64,000 nt of DNA from NCBI GenBank assembly GCA_035315125.1, contig DATFYI010000164.1:444-64443 (forward strand). The letters are read 5' to 3'. The notes under the pieces were generated by a model that had not been told where the DNA came from, did not search any database, and saw only the letters and a list, made by a program, of their open reading frames with translations. How positions within the stretch are numbered: the stretch's first letter is position 1; each line of letters begins with the position of its first letter. The translations under genes were made by a program, and so were the position numbers. The DNA comes from Anaerolineaceae bacterium. Lineage in GTDB: Bacteria > Chloroflexota > Anaerolineae > Anaerolineales > Anaerolineaceae. Below are positions 52,906-62,631 of the stretch, piece after piece.

Positions 52906-53322
52906 ATGCAAACCAAACTCAACCCGTACCTGTCGTTTAGGGATAACGCACGCGAAGCGATAAACTTTTATAAGTCTGTCTTTGGCGGCAAACTGACCAT
53001 GAGCACATTCAAAGAATATAATGCCTCGAAAGACCCGAGCGAAGATAACAAGATTATGCATTCTCAGTTAGATGCTGAGAATGGCATCACTTTGATGGCC
53101 TCCGACACGCCGAACGGCATGGAGTATCGTGTCGGGACGAATATCAGCGTATCGCTCAGCGGCGACAACCAGGCTGAATTAAAGACCTACTTTGAGAAGC
53201 TTTCGGCTGGCGGCAAGATCACAATGCCACTTGAAAAAGCTCCCTGGGGCGATTGGTTCGGTATGTGCGTTGATAAGTTTGAGGTTAGTTGGTTGGTGAA
53301 CATCACCGCTCCAAAAGTGTAA
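52906..53322 (+). CDS. VOC/glyoxalase-fold PhnB-like protein
   Basis: MQTKLNPYLSFRDNAREAINFYKSVFGG...MHSQL...APWGDWFGMCVDKFEVSWLVN. Confidence 0.8.
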   Translation: MQTKLNPYLSFRDNAREAINFYKSVFGGKLTMSTFKEYNASKDPSEDNKIMHSQLDAENGITLMASDTPNGMEYRVGTNISVSLSGDNQAELKTYFEKLSAGGKITMPLEKAPWGDWFGMCVDKFEVSWLVNITAPKV

Positions 53323-53389
53323 TGTATTGAATGGTTTCTATACAAATACGCCAGGAAAAAGCTCACGTTACGGTGGGCTTTTTTTAGCA

Positions 53390-53700
53390 AGTATGTTGGG
53401 TGAAAGTGCGGTCATTAAGGGACTTGTTCTGCAATTCCCCCGCACGCAACCCAACAGCTTTATTCCATCCGACCTTCACGGTCCCAAATTTTTCCATCAC
53501 CTCCCGAATCAATCGGATAAATCCCTTCGCCCACATATTTCATAAAACTGGAATATTTCCAAATAAATGTATATGATCCGGTAAAATGACGCTGGCAACA
53601 ATGATAAATGGCATTTGCTGCATGTTAAAGCGAATTGTAGCATTTGACCGGGATTCGTTGGGTTGCGGGGAGCCCAGGAATTTACCCATTGCAATTAATC
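53390..53700 (-). pseudogene. decayed HUH (Y1, IS200/RAYT-like) transposase
   Basis: Frame with ...FIIVASVILPDHIHLFGNIP (HUH motif PDHIH) is interrupted by a stop. Downstream pieces continue in other frames (...VKVGWNKAVGLRAGELQ). No intact ORF of transposase length. Confidence 0.4.
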
Positions 53701-53819
53701 CTCCCCCTCCACCCAACCTACGTGCTAGTTCGATGGGAACGGCCGCGTTCCAATTTTCGTATCCTCTTAATTCTTTTTTTATCCCCTTCATTCTTTCTTA
53801 TCCCTGTTTTCTTGTTCCT

Positions 53820-54491
53820 CTAACTCGGCCGGCGCGCCAGCACCGCTGCAAATTGCGAGACCTGAGAGGCGTGCACCACCGCCAGGACTTCATCGGCCGG
53901 CTGCAGCACCGTATCGCCATGCGGGATGATCAGACGGCCTTTGCGGATGATAGCAGCCACCACGCATTCGCTGGGAATTTCGAGCTCCTGCAGCATTTTC
54001 CCCACCGCCACTGAGATGGGGGCGACCTTTTCTTCCACCACCGAATATTCACCCTTGCGCAGCTTGAGCAGGGTCATCATATCGCCCAGCGACATTTCCT
54101 CGGCGATCAACTGGGCCAGGATGTCGGCCTGATTGAGGGCCACGTCCACACCCATTTCGGCGGTAAACAGCCAGGCGTTTTTGGGGTTATTGACCCGGGC
54201 GATGACGCGCGGCACGTTGAATTCAAAGCGGGCCAGGCTGGTGATGACCAGGTTGGCCTCGTCCTCGCCGGTCACGGCTGCCAGCACCTGGGCCTGGCCA
54301 ATACCGGCCTTTTCCAGGATGGTCGGGGCGCTGCCGTCGCCGGCCACCACCACCTCGGCCGGCAGCTCCTGCTGTAAGCGTTCCAATACAATCTCACGGT
54401 CTTCGATAATCTTGACCTGGTGTCCGGCCTTGAGCAGAAAGTTGGCCAACTGCGATCCGGTTTTTCCGCCACCTACGATAATGACAAACAT
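53820..54491 (-). CDS. trkA: TrkA/KtrA-type RCK (K+ transport regulatory) protein
   Basis: MFVIIVGGGKTGSQLANFL Rossmann motif plus an RCK_C-like C-terminus. Confidence 0.85.
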   Translation of the reverse strand: MFVIIVGGGKTGSQLANFLLKAGHQVKIIEDREIVLERLQQELPAEVVVAGDGSAPTILEKAGIGQAQVLAAVTGEDEANLVITSLARFEFNVPRVIARVNNPKNAWLFTAEMGVDVALNQADILAQLIAEEMSLGDMMTLLKLRKGEYSVVEEKVAPISVAVGKMLQELEIPSECVVAAIIRKGRLIIPHGDTVLQPADEVLAVVHASQVSQFAAVLARRPS

Positions 54492-54525
54492 AGCTCTCTC
54501 CTTGCCGGGTAAACCCTGCCCCGGA

Positions 54526-55173
54526 TCATATTCCTAGCATTGACTCCAGGCGCTCCATAGCAGAGCTATGGACGGCAAAATGCACCAGATCACCTGCGCT
54601 GAATTCACTCCCCAGGGTTGGCAGAATAGCCTCGCCATCCCGCGTGATCGAAACGACATTGATCTCACCCGGCACGGTGATCTGGGCGACCTGACGTCCA
54701 ACCAGGTGAGGCGGGATTTCAATCGCCACCAGGGAAACTTCGCCGCGCCCAAAACTCATGGTCGAATCGAGGTTGGAATGAGCCAGCAGTTCGTTGATGC
54801 GGTTGGCGCCCCAGACCGTCATGGAGATGGTTACCAGCCCCAGGCGGTGGTAAATTTCGGCGCGGCGCGGGTCGTACAGCCGGGCAATGACGCGCGGCAC
54901 GTGGAAGAAGTTGCGAGCGATCCGAGCCGCCACGATGTTGACGTTATCCGATTGGCTGGTGGCTACAAAGGCATCCGCTTGCTCGACCCCGGCCTTGATG
55001 AGCACATCCCGGTCGAAGCCAATACCGTGCAGCTTATGGCCTTTGAACTCGGCGCCCACCAGGGCCAGATTTTTGGCGTCCGGGTCGATCACCGTAACGT
55101 CATGCCCGTCAGCGTCCATCAGCCGACTGAGCTGTTGGCCTACCCGGCCGCATCCCATGATGATCACTTTCAT
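54526..55173 (-). CDS. trkA: TrkA/KtrA-type RCK (K+ transport regulatory) protein
   Basis: MKVIIMGCGRVGQQLSRLM Rossmann motif plus RCK_C. The start overlaps the upstream ATPase stop by 4 nt. Confidence 0.85.
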   Translation of the reverse strand: MKVIIMGCGRVGQQLSRLMDADGHDVTVIDPDAKNLALVGAEFKGHKLHGIGFDRDVLIKAGVEQADAFVATSQSDNVNIVAARIARNFFHVPRVIARLYDPRRAEIYHRLGLVTISMTVWGANRINELLAHSNLDSTMSFGRGEVSLVAIEIPPHLVGRQVAQITVPGEINVVSITRDGEAILPTLGSEFSAGDLVHFAVHSSAMERLESMLGI

Positions 55174-58001
55174 ACAGCTACTCCTTGGTCGGAACGGTTT
55201 TTAACCTGGTTCAGGTTTGAGACTAAGCGGAAAATCGATTTGCGAACTCGTTCGATACCATACAGCAGAGGAGCAAACAGCACCAATCCCAGCCAGTAAT
55301 TGGGCGGCAGCGGCCGGTGCTCGAAAGCAACTGCCAGAGGGTGGATATAAATCATCGACAGGATCATTCCAATCTCAATGGCTATCCCGATCAATAAAAA
55401 GCGATTGCTCAACCAGCCCATGTGGCGTACATTGCGGGTTTCGGAGCGGCAGGCGAAGGCGTTGCCAATCTGGCACATCACCACACCGGCGTAAAAGGTG
55501 GTCGTAGCCAGTGTATAGATTGCCAACGGCTGGCCGGGCCCGATCCCGGACGGTAATCCAACCCACAGCGGATACCCATACATATAATACACGAAAAAGA
55601 AACCGGTGTAACATAAGACTGCCTCGATCATGCCCAACCAGGCGCAGGCTCGCACGATCAGTTGACTGTCCACCAGGGGCTGGTCGCGCCGGCGGGGCGG
55701 GAGCAGCATGATGCCGGGTTCCGGCGTGTCCATGCCCAGCGCCAGGGCCGGGAAGAGGTCTGTGCCCAGATCGATCGCCAGGATTTGAGCGACGGTTAGC
55801 GCCAACGGCAGCTTAAAGAGGGCCGTCAGGATAAACGGCAGCACCTCCGGGACGTTGGATGCCATGATGTAGGTAATGAATTTGCGCAGGTTTTGATAGG
55901 CGGTGCGACCTTCTTCAATGGCGCGCACGACCGTCTCAAAATTGTCGCTGGTCAGGATCACATTGGCGGCTTCTTTGGCTACATCGGTGCCGGTCAGGCC
56001 CATGGCGATGCCGACATCGGCCTTACGCAGGGCCGGGACGTCGTTTACGCCATCCCCAATGACTGCCACAACCTCGCCGCGCTTTTGATAGGCTCCCACC
56101 AGTCGCAATTTGTGCTCGGGCGCCATGCGGGCGAAAATAATTTCCTGAGCGAGCAGTGCATTCAGCTCTTCATCACCCAGACATTCCAGTTCGGCGCCGG
56201 TCATAATGCGCGGGCTCTCGCCAGCCAGCATGCCGATCCTACGGGCCAGCGATTCGGCCGTCAGACCGTAATCGCCGGTGATCATGGCAATACGAATACC
56301 GGCGGCGCGTAGCTCCTGGACTGCCTGGGCAACCTCCGGGCGGGGCGGATCCATCATGGCTGCCAGGCCGATAAAGACCAGCTCTTTTTCAATTTTTTCG
56401 ACGGTATAAGGCTCGCTACGTCCTACAAAAGCCTGGCGGGCGGGTAGTTCCCGGTAGGCCAGCGCCAGCACGCGCAACGCCGAGCGAGCGTAACTGTCAT
56501 TGGCAGACAGGATGGCGGCCCGGGAGCTATTATCCAATGGAAGCACCTGGCCGTGTATCTGGATGAAGCTGCAAAGTTGCAGGACTTCTTTGGGGGCGCC
56601 TTTGACAAAGACGATTTCGCAGCCGTCAGAGCTGTGGATGGTGCTCATGCGTTTGCGGCGGGCATCGAATGGCAGTTCATACAGGCGTGGGTATGCCTCG
56701 GCCTGCTCCTGTTCGTCCAGACCGCCTTTCAAGGCGACCACCCGCAGCGCAGCCTCAGTCTGGTCACCCAGGGCGCTCCAGTGCGGTTGTTCCGGGCTGG
56801 GAGGGTTGAGGCGCGCGTTATTACAAAGCAAGGCGGCTTTGAACAACATCTGTACATCGGCCAGGTTGGCCCGATCTGGGTGCCCGTTCAGACCGGAAAG
56901 GGCCGGACTGAAGCTGCCTTTTGGCTGGTAACCCACCCCGGAGACGTCGATGCGGGTGTTGGCTACCCATAACTTGCGCACGGTCATCTGGTTTTGAGTG
57001 AGGGTGCCGCTCTTATCGGTGCAGATCAGTGAGATCGTGCCCAGCGTATCCACAATCGACAGCTTTTTGACCAGCACGTTGTGTTGGGCCAGGCGCTGGA
57101 CGGCCATCGCCAGGGTCAGGGTAACGGTGGCGGTCAACCCTTCCGGAATAGTAGCGACCAGGATGCCGATTGCCAGGATGAAGGCATCGTGGATCGGCAT
57201 GGATACCTCGGAGTAAGCCACCACAAATACGATCAGCCCGGTCGCCAGGGCGGCAATCGAAAGCAGGCGTGTCAGACGAGCCATCTGCTGCTGGAGCGGC
57301 CCGGGCGCTTCTTTGACGGTTAGGGTCAGGTTGGCAATCCGGCCGCATTGGGTGAGCATACCGGTGGCATAAACGACCGCCCGGCCTGTGCCTGAGACAA
57401 CCGATGTCCCGGCAAACAACAGGTTGGGTCGTTCCAGCTCGCTCAGGTCATCCCGCAGAGAGGCATCTGCCAGCTTGCGAGCCGGCAGCGATTCGCCGGT
57501 CAGCGAGGCGTTGTTGGTGCGCAGGCCGTATTCTTCCACCAGGCGGGCATCCGCTGGTATGTTATCCCCCTCGGCCAGCACCAGGATATCGCCCGGCACG
57601 ATCTCACTGGTTGGCAGGTGGACTTCTTGCCCGCCCCGTACCAGCCGGGCATAGGCCGGCAGGAGATGTTTCAATGAATTAACTGCCTGTCCGGCGCGAT
57701 ATTCGCGCCAGAAGGAGAAACTGCCGTTGATCAGCACCACCAGCCAGATGACCAGACCCAGGGCTGCCCGGTTGTTCAACAAAGCCACGGCGCCGGCCAG
57801 CCAGAGCAGCAACGCCATGGGATGAAAAAGGGAGAGGGCCAATTTTCGCCAGAACGGGGCGGGCGGCGGCTCGGCTAACAGGTTGGGTCCGTACAATTCC
57901 AGGCGTTGGGCTGCTTCTTCAGGCGTCAGGCCATCCGGCGATGTAGACAGGGCGGTATAGACTTCACTTTTCCGGAGCTGGTAGAGCGGTAAGCCGGGCA
58001 T
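55170..58001 (-). CDS. P2-type cation-translocating P-type ATPase (Ca2+/Na+/K+-type; substrate not assignable)
   Basis: Cation_ATPase_N-like start (GLTPEEAAQRLELYGPN), ICTDKSGTLTQNQM, ITGDYGLTA, IGDGVNDVPALRKADVGIAMG. 943 aa. Confidence 0.88.
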   Translation of the reverse strand: MPGLPLYQLRKSEVYTALSTSPDGLTPEEAAQRLELYGPNLLAEPPPAPFWRKLALSLFHPMALLLWLAGAVALLNNRAALGLVIWLVVLINGSFSFWREYRAGQAVNSLKHLLPAYARLVRGGQEVHLPTSEIVPGDILVLAEGDNIPADARLVEEYGLRTNNASLTGESLPARKLADASLRDDLSELERPNLLFAGTSVVSGTGRAVVYATGMLTQCGRIANLTLTVKEAPGPLQQQMARLTRLLSIAALATGLIVFVVAYSEVSMPIHDAFILAIGILVATIPEGLTATVTLTLAMAVQRLAQHNVLVKKLSIVDTLGTISLICTDKSGTLTQNQMTVRKLWVANTRIDVSGVGYQPKGSFSPALSGLNGHPDRANLADVQMLFKAALLCNNARLNPPSPEQPHWSALGDQTEAALRVVALKGGLDEQEQAEAYPRLYELPFDARRKRMSTIHSSDGCEIVFVKGAPKEVLQLCSFIQIHGQVLPLDNSSRAAILSANDSYARSALRVLALAYRELPARQAFVGRSEPYTVEKIEKELVFIGLAAMMDPPRPEVAQAVQELRAAGIRIAMITGDYGLTAESLARRIGMLAGESPRIMTGAELECLGDEELNALLAQEIIFARMAPEHKLRLVGAYQKRGEVVAVIGDGVNDVPALRKADVGIAMGLTGTDVAKEAANVILTSDNFETVVRAIEEGRTAYQNLRKFITYIMASNVPEVLPFILTALFKLPLALTVAQILAIDLGTDLFPALALGMDTPEPGIMLLPPRRRDQPLVDSQLIVRACAWLGMIEAVLCYTGFFFVYYMYGYPLWVGLPSGIGPGQPLAIYTLATTTFYAGVVMCQIGNAFACRSETRNVRHMGWLSNRFLLIGIAIEIGMILSMIYIHPLAVAFEHRPLPPNYWLGLVLFAPLLYGIERVRKSIFRLVSNLNQVKNRSDQGVAV

Positions 58002-58078
58002 TCAGAAGGCTCTCAGTATCAAAGGCGGCGATTGGTGGGGCATCGATAGCGTTCGCCCTTCAAAGTTTTTCAAACGAC

Positions 58079-59917
58079 CTAGGCGATTCCAGGCGGTAAG
58101 GCGGTCTCGTTTGGCGCTCCACCGATGTGCGGCTCGGGTGGGGTAGTATCCGGCACGGGATCTGGGGTCATATATTTGGCCAGGAATGAATCGGCGTCCA
58201 CATCGCTGCGGATGGCATCTTCGTAGGCGCCAGAAGCGGCCGGCTGCTGATAAAGGAGCGGGCTGCGCACACCGAACCATTCGAAAAAGCGGTGGATGCC
58301 TGTCAGCAAGCTGTAACGGTATTCCTGCATGCGCAGGGACTGCCATTCAACGATGGTGGCCATGTGCCCCTGGACACGGGCTTTCTTACGGACGATGCGG
58401 TGGATCTGGTTTGGCTCGCGGAATCCGAGCGGCGACAGCAGCAGCGTATGCGCCAGCAAAGCCAGGGTTGTGAAAGAAATCAGCACCACCCAACCGCCTT
58501 CCGACCATTTCCCGATGATCTGCATGATGAAAACGATACCTGATAGAACCGCCGCGAAACCGGCTGCGAACGCGCCCCATTTGAGCGCCCGCCCGCTGAA
58601 ATGCTTGAGAATGTGCTGGCGGATGGCCAGGCCCATCACCATGATCGGCATGAACACACCCACGCCGTAGTATGGCACTGCCAGGGTCGTCTCGCCGTGC
58701 ACCAACAGCATGATGATGACGGCGATGCCGAAGGTGATGGTCACCGAACGGGTGAAGGTGCCGCGCGGGTCACGGTAAACGATGATCTCGGGAATTTCAC
58801 CAATGGAGACATCCCGCCACTCGGTGGCCTGGGCGTCCTGGAAAGCGGTCATCGAGGCGCCTGCCAGCAGCAGCACCGCCAGCAGCTGATAGACCCAATA
58901 CAGGATATTACCGCCCGGCAGCTGGGTGAAACCGATGAAGGCCAGGTTGCCAACCAGGCTGCGCCCCAGCGATCCATCGAATACGTTGAAACGGATGGAA
59001 AAGGCCGTCAGCAGGAAGGTGGTCAGGCCGCCGTAGAACAGAAAAGAGGTCTGGACGAAGCGCCCGATGCCGGCTTTGCCGCTGTAGAAATTCCAAATCT
59101 TACCCAGGCGAGGCATGTGAACCTTGCCCCATTTGACCAGTTTGACGTCTTCATCGATCACGAACTGGATGCCATTCGACATGGCTTCCAGCCCGGTCAG
59201 GGCCACCATGCCTTTCATAGAAGCGGTCAGCAGGGCCATGAGCGCCTGAGCCAGGGTGGGCGTTTGGGGGGCTATGGGGGTTGCCGCAGGCGGTACGCCG
59301 CGCAGGTTGGCGACCACCAGACCGACAGCCAGAGTGATGGTCAGCATCACAAAGATGCCCAACATCGTGAACATCACCCTGGATGATTCGCCCCGGCCGC
59401 GAATGGTGAGATACCAGGTAATGGCGGCCAGGCTGGCCCCAATCAAGAAATGCCAGATCCAGTTCGTTCCGTAGGCATTCAGGATCGAAAGCAGTTGGTC
59501 TCCCCCGGACAGAGCCGATACCACAATGGTCAGCACGTAGTCCTGGATCAAGGTCACTGCCACGATCAGGCTGAGGGTGGGTTTGAGATAACGCATGGAG
59601 GCGGTATAAGACCCGCCGCCCTCGTTGAAAACCCCTAACGAGTACATGTAAAGCCCCCCAAAGACGATATTGGCAAAGGCGATCACACCCGCGGCAATGT
59701 AACCATAATGCTGCAGGCCGTACGGGTGCAAAGCGCTCATCAGCTCGCCGGTGGCATAAAAGTAGGAGGTGAAATAGTCGGCGCCAAACAACGCCAGGGC
59801 TGCCAGCAGGCCGATCTGGCCGGCGCCATGCACATGGGCGTGTTCCTTGTTTTCACGCGGAGATGCTTTATAAGCGAGAAATGCGATCACCAATAAGAGC
59901 AGTATTGAAAAGAGCAT
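58079..59917 (-). CDS. APC-superfamily permease, KimA-like (possible K+/H+ symporter)
   Basis: 612-aa polytopic protein with a cytoplasmic C-terminal domain. GGGSYTASMRYLKPTLSLIVAVTLIQDYVLTIVVS parallels my recollection of B. subtilis KimA GGGAYIVSKENLG...LLVDYILTVAVS. Confidence 0.55.
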   Translation of the reverse strand: MLFSILLLLVIAFLAYKASPRENKEHAHVHGAGQIGLLAALALFGADYFTSYFYATGELMSALHPYGLQHYGYIAAGVIAFANIVFGGLYMYSLGVFNEGGGSYTASMRYLKPTLSLIVAVTLIQDYVLTIVVSALSGGDQLLSILNAYGTNWIWHFLIGASLAAITWYLTIRGRGESSRVMFTMLGIFVMLTITLAVGLVVANLRGVPPAATPIAPQTPTLAQALMALLTASMKGMVALTGLEAMSNGIQFVIDEDVKLVKWGKVHMPRLGKIWNFYSGKAGIGRFVQTSFLFYGGLTTFLLTAFSIRFNVFDGSLGRSLVGNLAFIGFTQLPGGNILYWVYQLLAVLLLAGASMTAFQDAQATEWRDVSIGEIPEIIVYRDPRGTFTRSVTITFGIAVIIMLLVHGETTLAVPYYGVGVFMPIMVMGLAIRQHILKHFSGRALKWGAFAAGFAAVLSGIVFIMQIIGKWSEGGWVVLISFTTLALLAHTLLLSPLGFREPNQIHRIVRKKARVQGHMATIVEWQSLRMQEYRYSLLTGIHRFFEWFGVRSPLLYQQPAASGAYEDAIRSDVDADSFLAKYMTPDPVPDTTPPEPHIGGAPNETALPPGIA

Positions 59918-59944
59918 AGATTTTTCCTTGAGGGTGCAGAGATT

Positions 59945-61120
59945 TCAGTCTTTCGATAAAGTAAAAAAGGCTTTTTCGAGCATCTCTAATTCGGCCAATA
60001 AATATTTGCGAGTGGAATGGCTCAGGCGGGTATCCTGCGCCACCATGGCCTTCTGCTGGCGAGCGGCCCGCACCACAAAGGCCGGCACAAACATGATCCG
60101 CCCGCCCGGGATGACTTCGAAGTCGTGGGTGCGCAGCTGCAGGTCCTGGTCGTCGAAATAGGGCAGGCTCAGGCTGAGGCCGCGGTTGAGGTCGTGGGCG
60201 GCTGCTCGGCGCTGGATGGTCTGGATCATTTCCATAGTCTCGTATTGGGCCAGGGCCCGGCCCTGGTTGATCAACTGTCCCAGCATTCCGTAGCGTTTCT
60301 GCTGGTAGAGCGGGTCTGCCACGATGTAGGGCGCCAGTGAAACCGCCCCATGCAGGATCGAGAGGTACATTTGCATCGAGGTCAGATAGCTTTCGGCTTC
60401 ATTTACGGAGTTGACCAGCAAATGACACTCGTTGTCAAAAGCGACCCACTGCGGCAGGTAAAACCGGCGGGCAGCCGGCACAAAGGGCACCTGTAACTGG
60501 CCGCGCTGTTCATTGCGGGCGGCGTCTTCGACTACCGCATCGCCGGCAGCCAGGATAGCCGATTCGGGGTCGTCCTGACTGGCCAGCGGGATGGTGGGGA
60601 TTTCTTCGCCCTCAGCCGCCTGGTAGGTCACCGAGCGTCCGGAGGGCAGCAGGTTGTAAACCATGTGAATGACCAGAGCGTAGCGCAGCAGACCGGCGCT
60701 GACCGCCACCGGGCGTTCCGAGCATTCTTCCAGCTCAGCCAGGCTCTGGCGCAGCATAGTGCGCAGGTCGATGCGTGTCAGACGGTTGATGACGCCGCCG
60801 ATGGTTTGCTGGCGGCTTTCGCTGGGAATTGTCTGCGGAGCCTGCCTGCTTTGTGGGCCACGTGCTGCAATTTCCACCACCACCCGGTCCGGTAGGCTGA
60901 AGCTGGCCTGAAGCTGGTTGTGCAGGATGGCGTCGGCCAGTTGGCGCGCCTGGGCCTCCAAAAAACGCTGCACCAGGGTGGGCTGGACGTCGAATAGGCG
61001 CTGGGCGGCCTGATATTCCAGGGTGAGTGGGGAATTAGGGTCAGCCAACAAATGAGAGGGGTGGCTTTTTAATAGAGCGTGCGGAACTGCGGTCTTTTTG
61101 GCCATTACGATGCTATCCAA
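59945..61120 (-). CDS. hypothetical protein (391 aa)
   Basis: Long ORF overlapping the upstream gene by 8 nt. No motif recognised. Confidence 0.5.
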   Translation of the reverse strand: MDSIVMAKKTAVPHALLKSHPSHLLADPNSPLTLEYQAAQRLFDVQPTLVQRFLEAQARQLADAILHNQLQASFSLPDRVVVEIAARGPQSRQAPQTIPSESRQQTIGGVINRLTRIDLRTMLRQSLAELEECSERPVAVSAGLLRYALVIHMVYNLLPSGRSVTYQAAEGEEIPTIPLASQDDPESAILAAGDAVVEDAARNEQRGQLQVPFVPAARRFYLPQWVAFDNECHLLVNSVNEAESYLTSMQMYLSILHGAVSLAPYIVADPLYQQKRYGMLGQLINQGRALAQYETMEMIQTIQRRAAAHDLNRGLSLSLPYFDDQDLQLRTHDFEVIPGGRIMFVPAFVVRAARQQKAMVAQDTRLSHSTRKYLLAELEMLEKAFFTLSKD

Positions 61121-61835
61121 TTAATGATGCCCATAAGTAAATCAGTCCAATCTCAATGGCCACAATGATCAATAATAAAACTTGTCCAATCCAGCCTTTA
61201 ACGGAGGCATCCACCATGGCTTCGAACTTGAAGAAGCCGGCGATGGTGGCTAGGATGACGATCCAATAGGGGATGGCCTTGATCCAATTTGGTACGCTGG
61301 CCGGCGGCGGCTGGTAAAAGCCTTTCAGGCGGTAGACCGGCGCTTTAAATGCGGAAACCAGCGCCAGGGCGAGCGGGGTACGTTTGCCGATGCCGGTGGC
61401 GATATCCTGCTCGGCCGGGCAGACCAGCAAATCACCGGGCTGCCAGACCTGGCGGGCGATTTTAAGCCAGGAGTGACTGGAAAAAACCTGGGTCTCGATG
61501 TGCAGGCGTGGGTCGCGCAGAATAGCAGCGATGGTGGTCAGGCGACGTTCGGCGGTCAGCAGATAGTCCGGATCGATCGGCAGGGTAATCAGCAGGATAT
61601 CCAGCCGGTCCGGGAAGGCCAGTGACCAGATGCGCCGGCTGAAGGCAGCGACATCGATATCCTGGTTGGGAACCAGTACCACCAGGCGTTTTACATCCGG
61701 TAGAGTCATGCCGTCATCGTATAGTAGAGATGCAATATTTTGCGTCTCTACGTCTTGGGCGCGATTTTCCCGGCCGTCGGCAGCCAATCCGGCCGGGCCA
61801 GTATTTTGAGGGACATGCGTATGGGATTTAAACAT
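61113..61835 (-). CDS. hypothetical membrane protein with USP-like N-terminal half
   Basis: RLVVLVPNQDIDVAAF...LLVCPAEQD resembles an alpha/beta USP-like fold. Two C-terminal TM helices. Confidence 0.45.
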   Translation of the reverse strand: MFKSHTHVPQNTGPAGLAADGRENRAQDVETQNIASLLYDDGMTLPDVKRLVVLVPNQDIDVAAFSRRIWSLAFPDRLDILLITLPIDPDYLLTAERRLTTIAAILRDPRLHIETQVFSSHSWLKIARQVWQPGDLLVCPAEQDIATGIGKRTPLALALVSAFKAPVYRLKGFYQPPPASVPNWIKAIPYWIVILATIAGFFKFEAMVDASVKGWIGQVLLLIIVAIEIGLIYLWASLIG

Positions 61836-61935
61836 AAAAATCTCCTGTGACTGATTTCACAAGAGATTCTATCTAGCGGCTATAAAGCGGATACAAAGAA
61901 AGCAATCAATAGTATAAAGAAAACATCAAGATTTC

Positions 61936-62631
61936 TTAATCACCGGTCACAAAGCGATAACCCACGCCTGGCTCGGTCAGGATATATTCGGGCTGTTCGG
62001 GGTTTTCTTCCAGTTTTTTGCGGAGCTGCCCGATATACACCCGCAGGTATTCGATGTGCTCGGCGTAGGTATTGTCCCAGACATGGGTCAGGATAGCCTG
62101 GTGGGTCAACACCCGCCCGGCGTTAGCGGCCAGGTAGGCCAGCAATTTGAATTCAGTAGCGGTCAGTTTGATCTCTTCACCGTTGCGGCTGACGGTATGG
62201 CCGGTCAGATCGACGAAAATGGGCCCGGCGCTGATCACCTGCTGGCTGCTGCCCATGGCCTGGGCAGAATGTTTCAGGGCAACACGTATGCGCGCCAGCA
62301 GCTCCTCGATCCCAAAGGGCTTGGTCAGGTAATCATCGGCGCCTTTCTCCAGGGCGGTCACCTTATCATTTTCGCTGTCGCGCACGGAGAGCACAATAAT
62401 GGGTGCCTGAGTCCACTCGCGCAGCCGTTCGGTCACTTCAAAACCGCTCATGTCGGGCAGGCTGAGATCCAGGATAATGACGTCGGGGGGCTGAGCCGCT
62501 GCCAGGGTCAGGCCTTCATTGCCTCGGCTGGCGGTAGTCACCCGAAACTGTTTGGCAGTCAGGATGGTGTGCAGAGCCCTTAAAATCTGAGGTTCGTCGT
62601 CAATGACCAGGATGTGAGGCTGGGCAGCCAT
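61936..62631 (-). CDS. kdpE: OmpR-family response regulator KdpE
   Basis: ILVIDDEPQILRAL...DVIILDLSLPDMSG...APIIVLSVRDSENDKVTALEKGADDYLTKPFGIEELLARIRVAL closely parallels E. coli KdpE. Immediately follows the kinase stop. Confidence 0.8.
   Translation of the reverse strand: MAAQPHILVIDDEPQILRALHTILTAKQFRVTTASRGNEGLTLAAAQPPDVIILDLSLPDMSGFEVTERLREWTQAPIIVLSVRDSENDKVTALEKGADDYLTKPFGIEELLARIRVALKHSAQAMGSSQQVISAGPIFVDLTGHTVSRNGEEIKLTATEFKLLAYLAANAGRVLTHQAILTHVWDNTYAEHIEYLRVYIGQLRKKLEENPEQPEYILTEPGVGYRFVTGD

Noticed and set aside
53323-53819. Track ORFs 53327-53545 (+), 53586-54014 (+) and 53509-53694 (-) as genes.
   Set aside because: - None has an SD or a recognisable motif.
- The region is better explained as a frameshifted HUH transposase relic plus the trkA upstream region.
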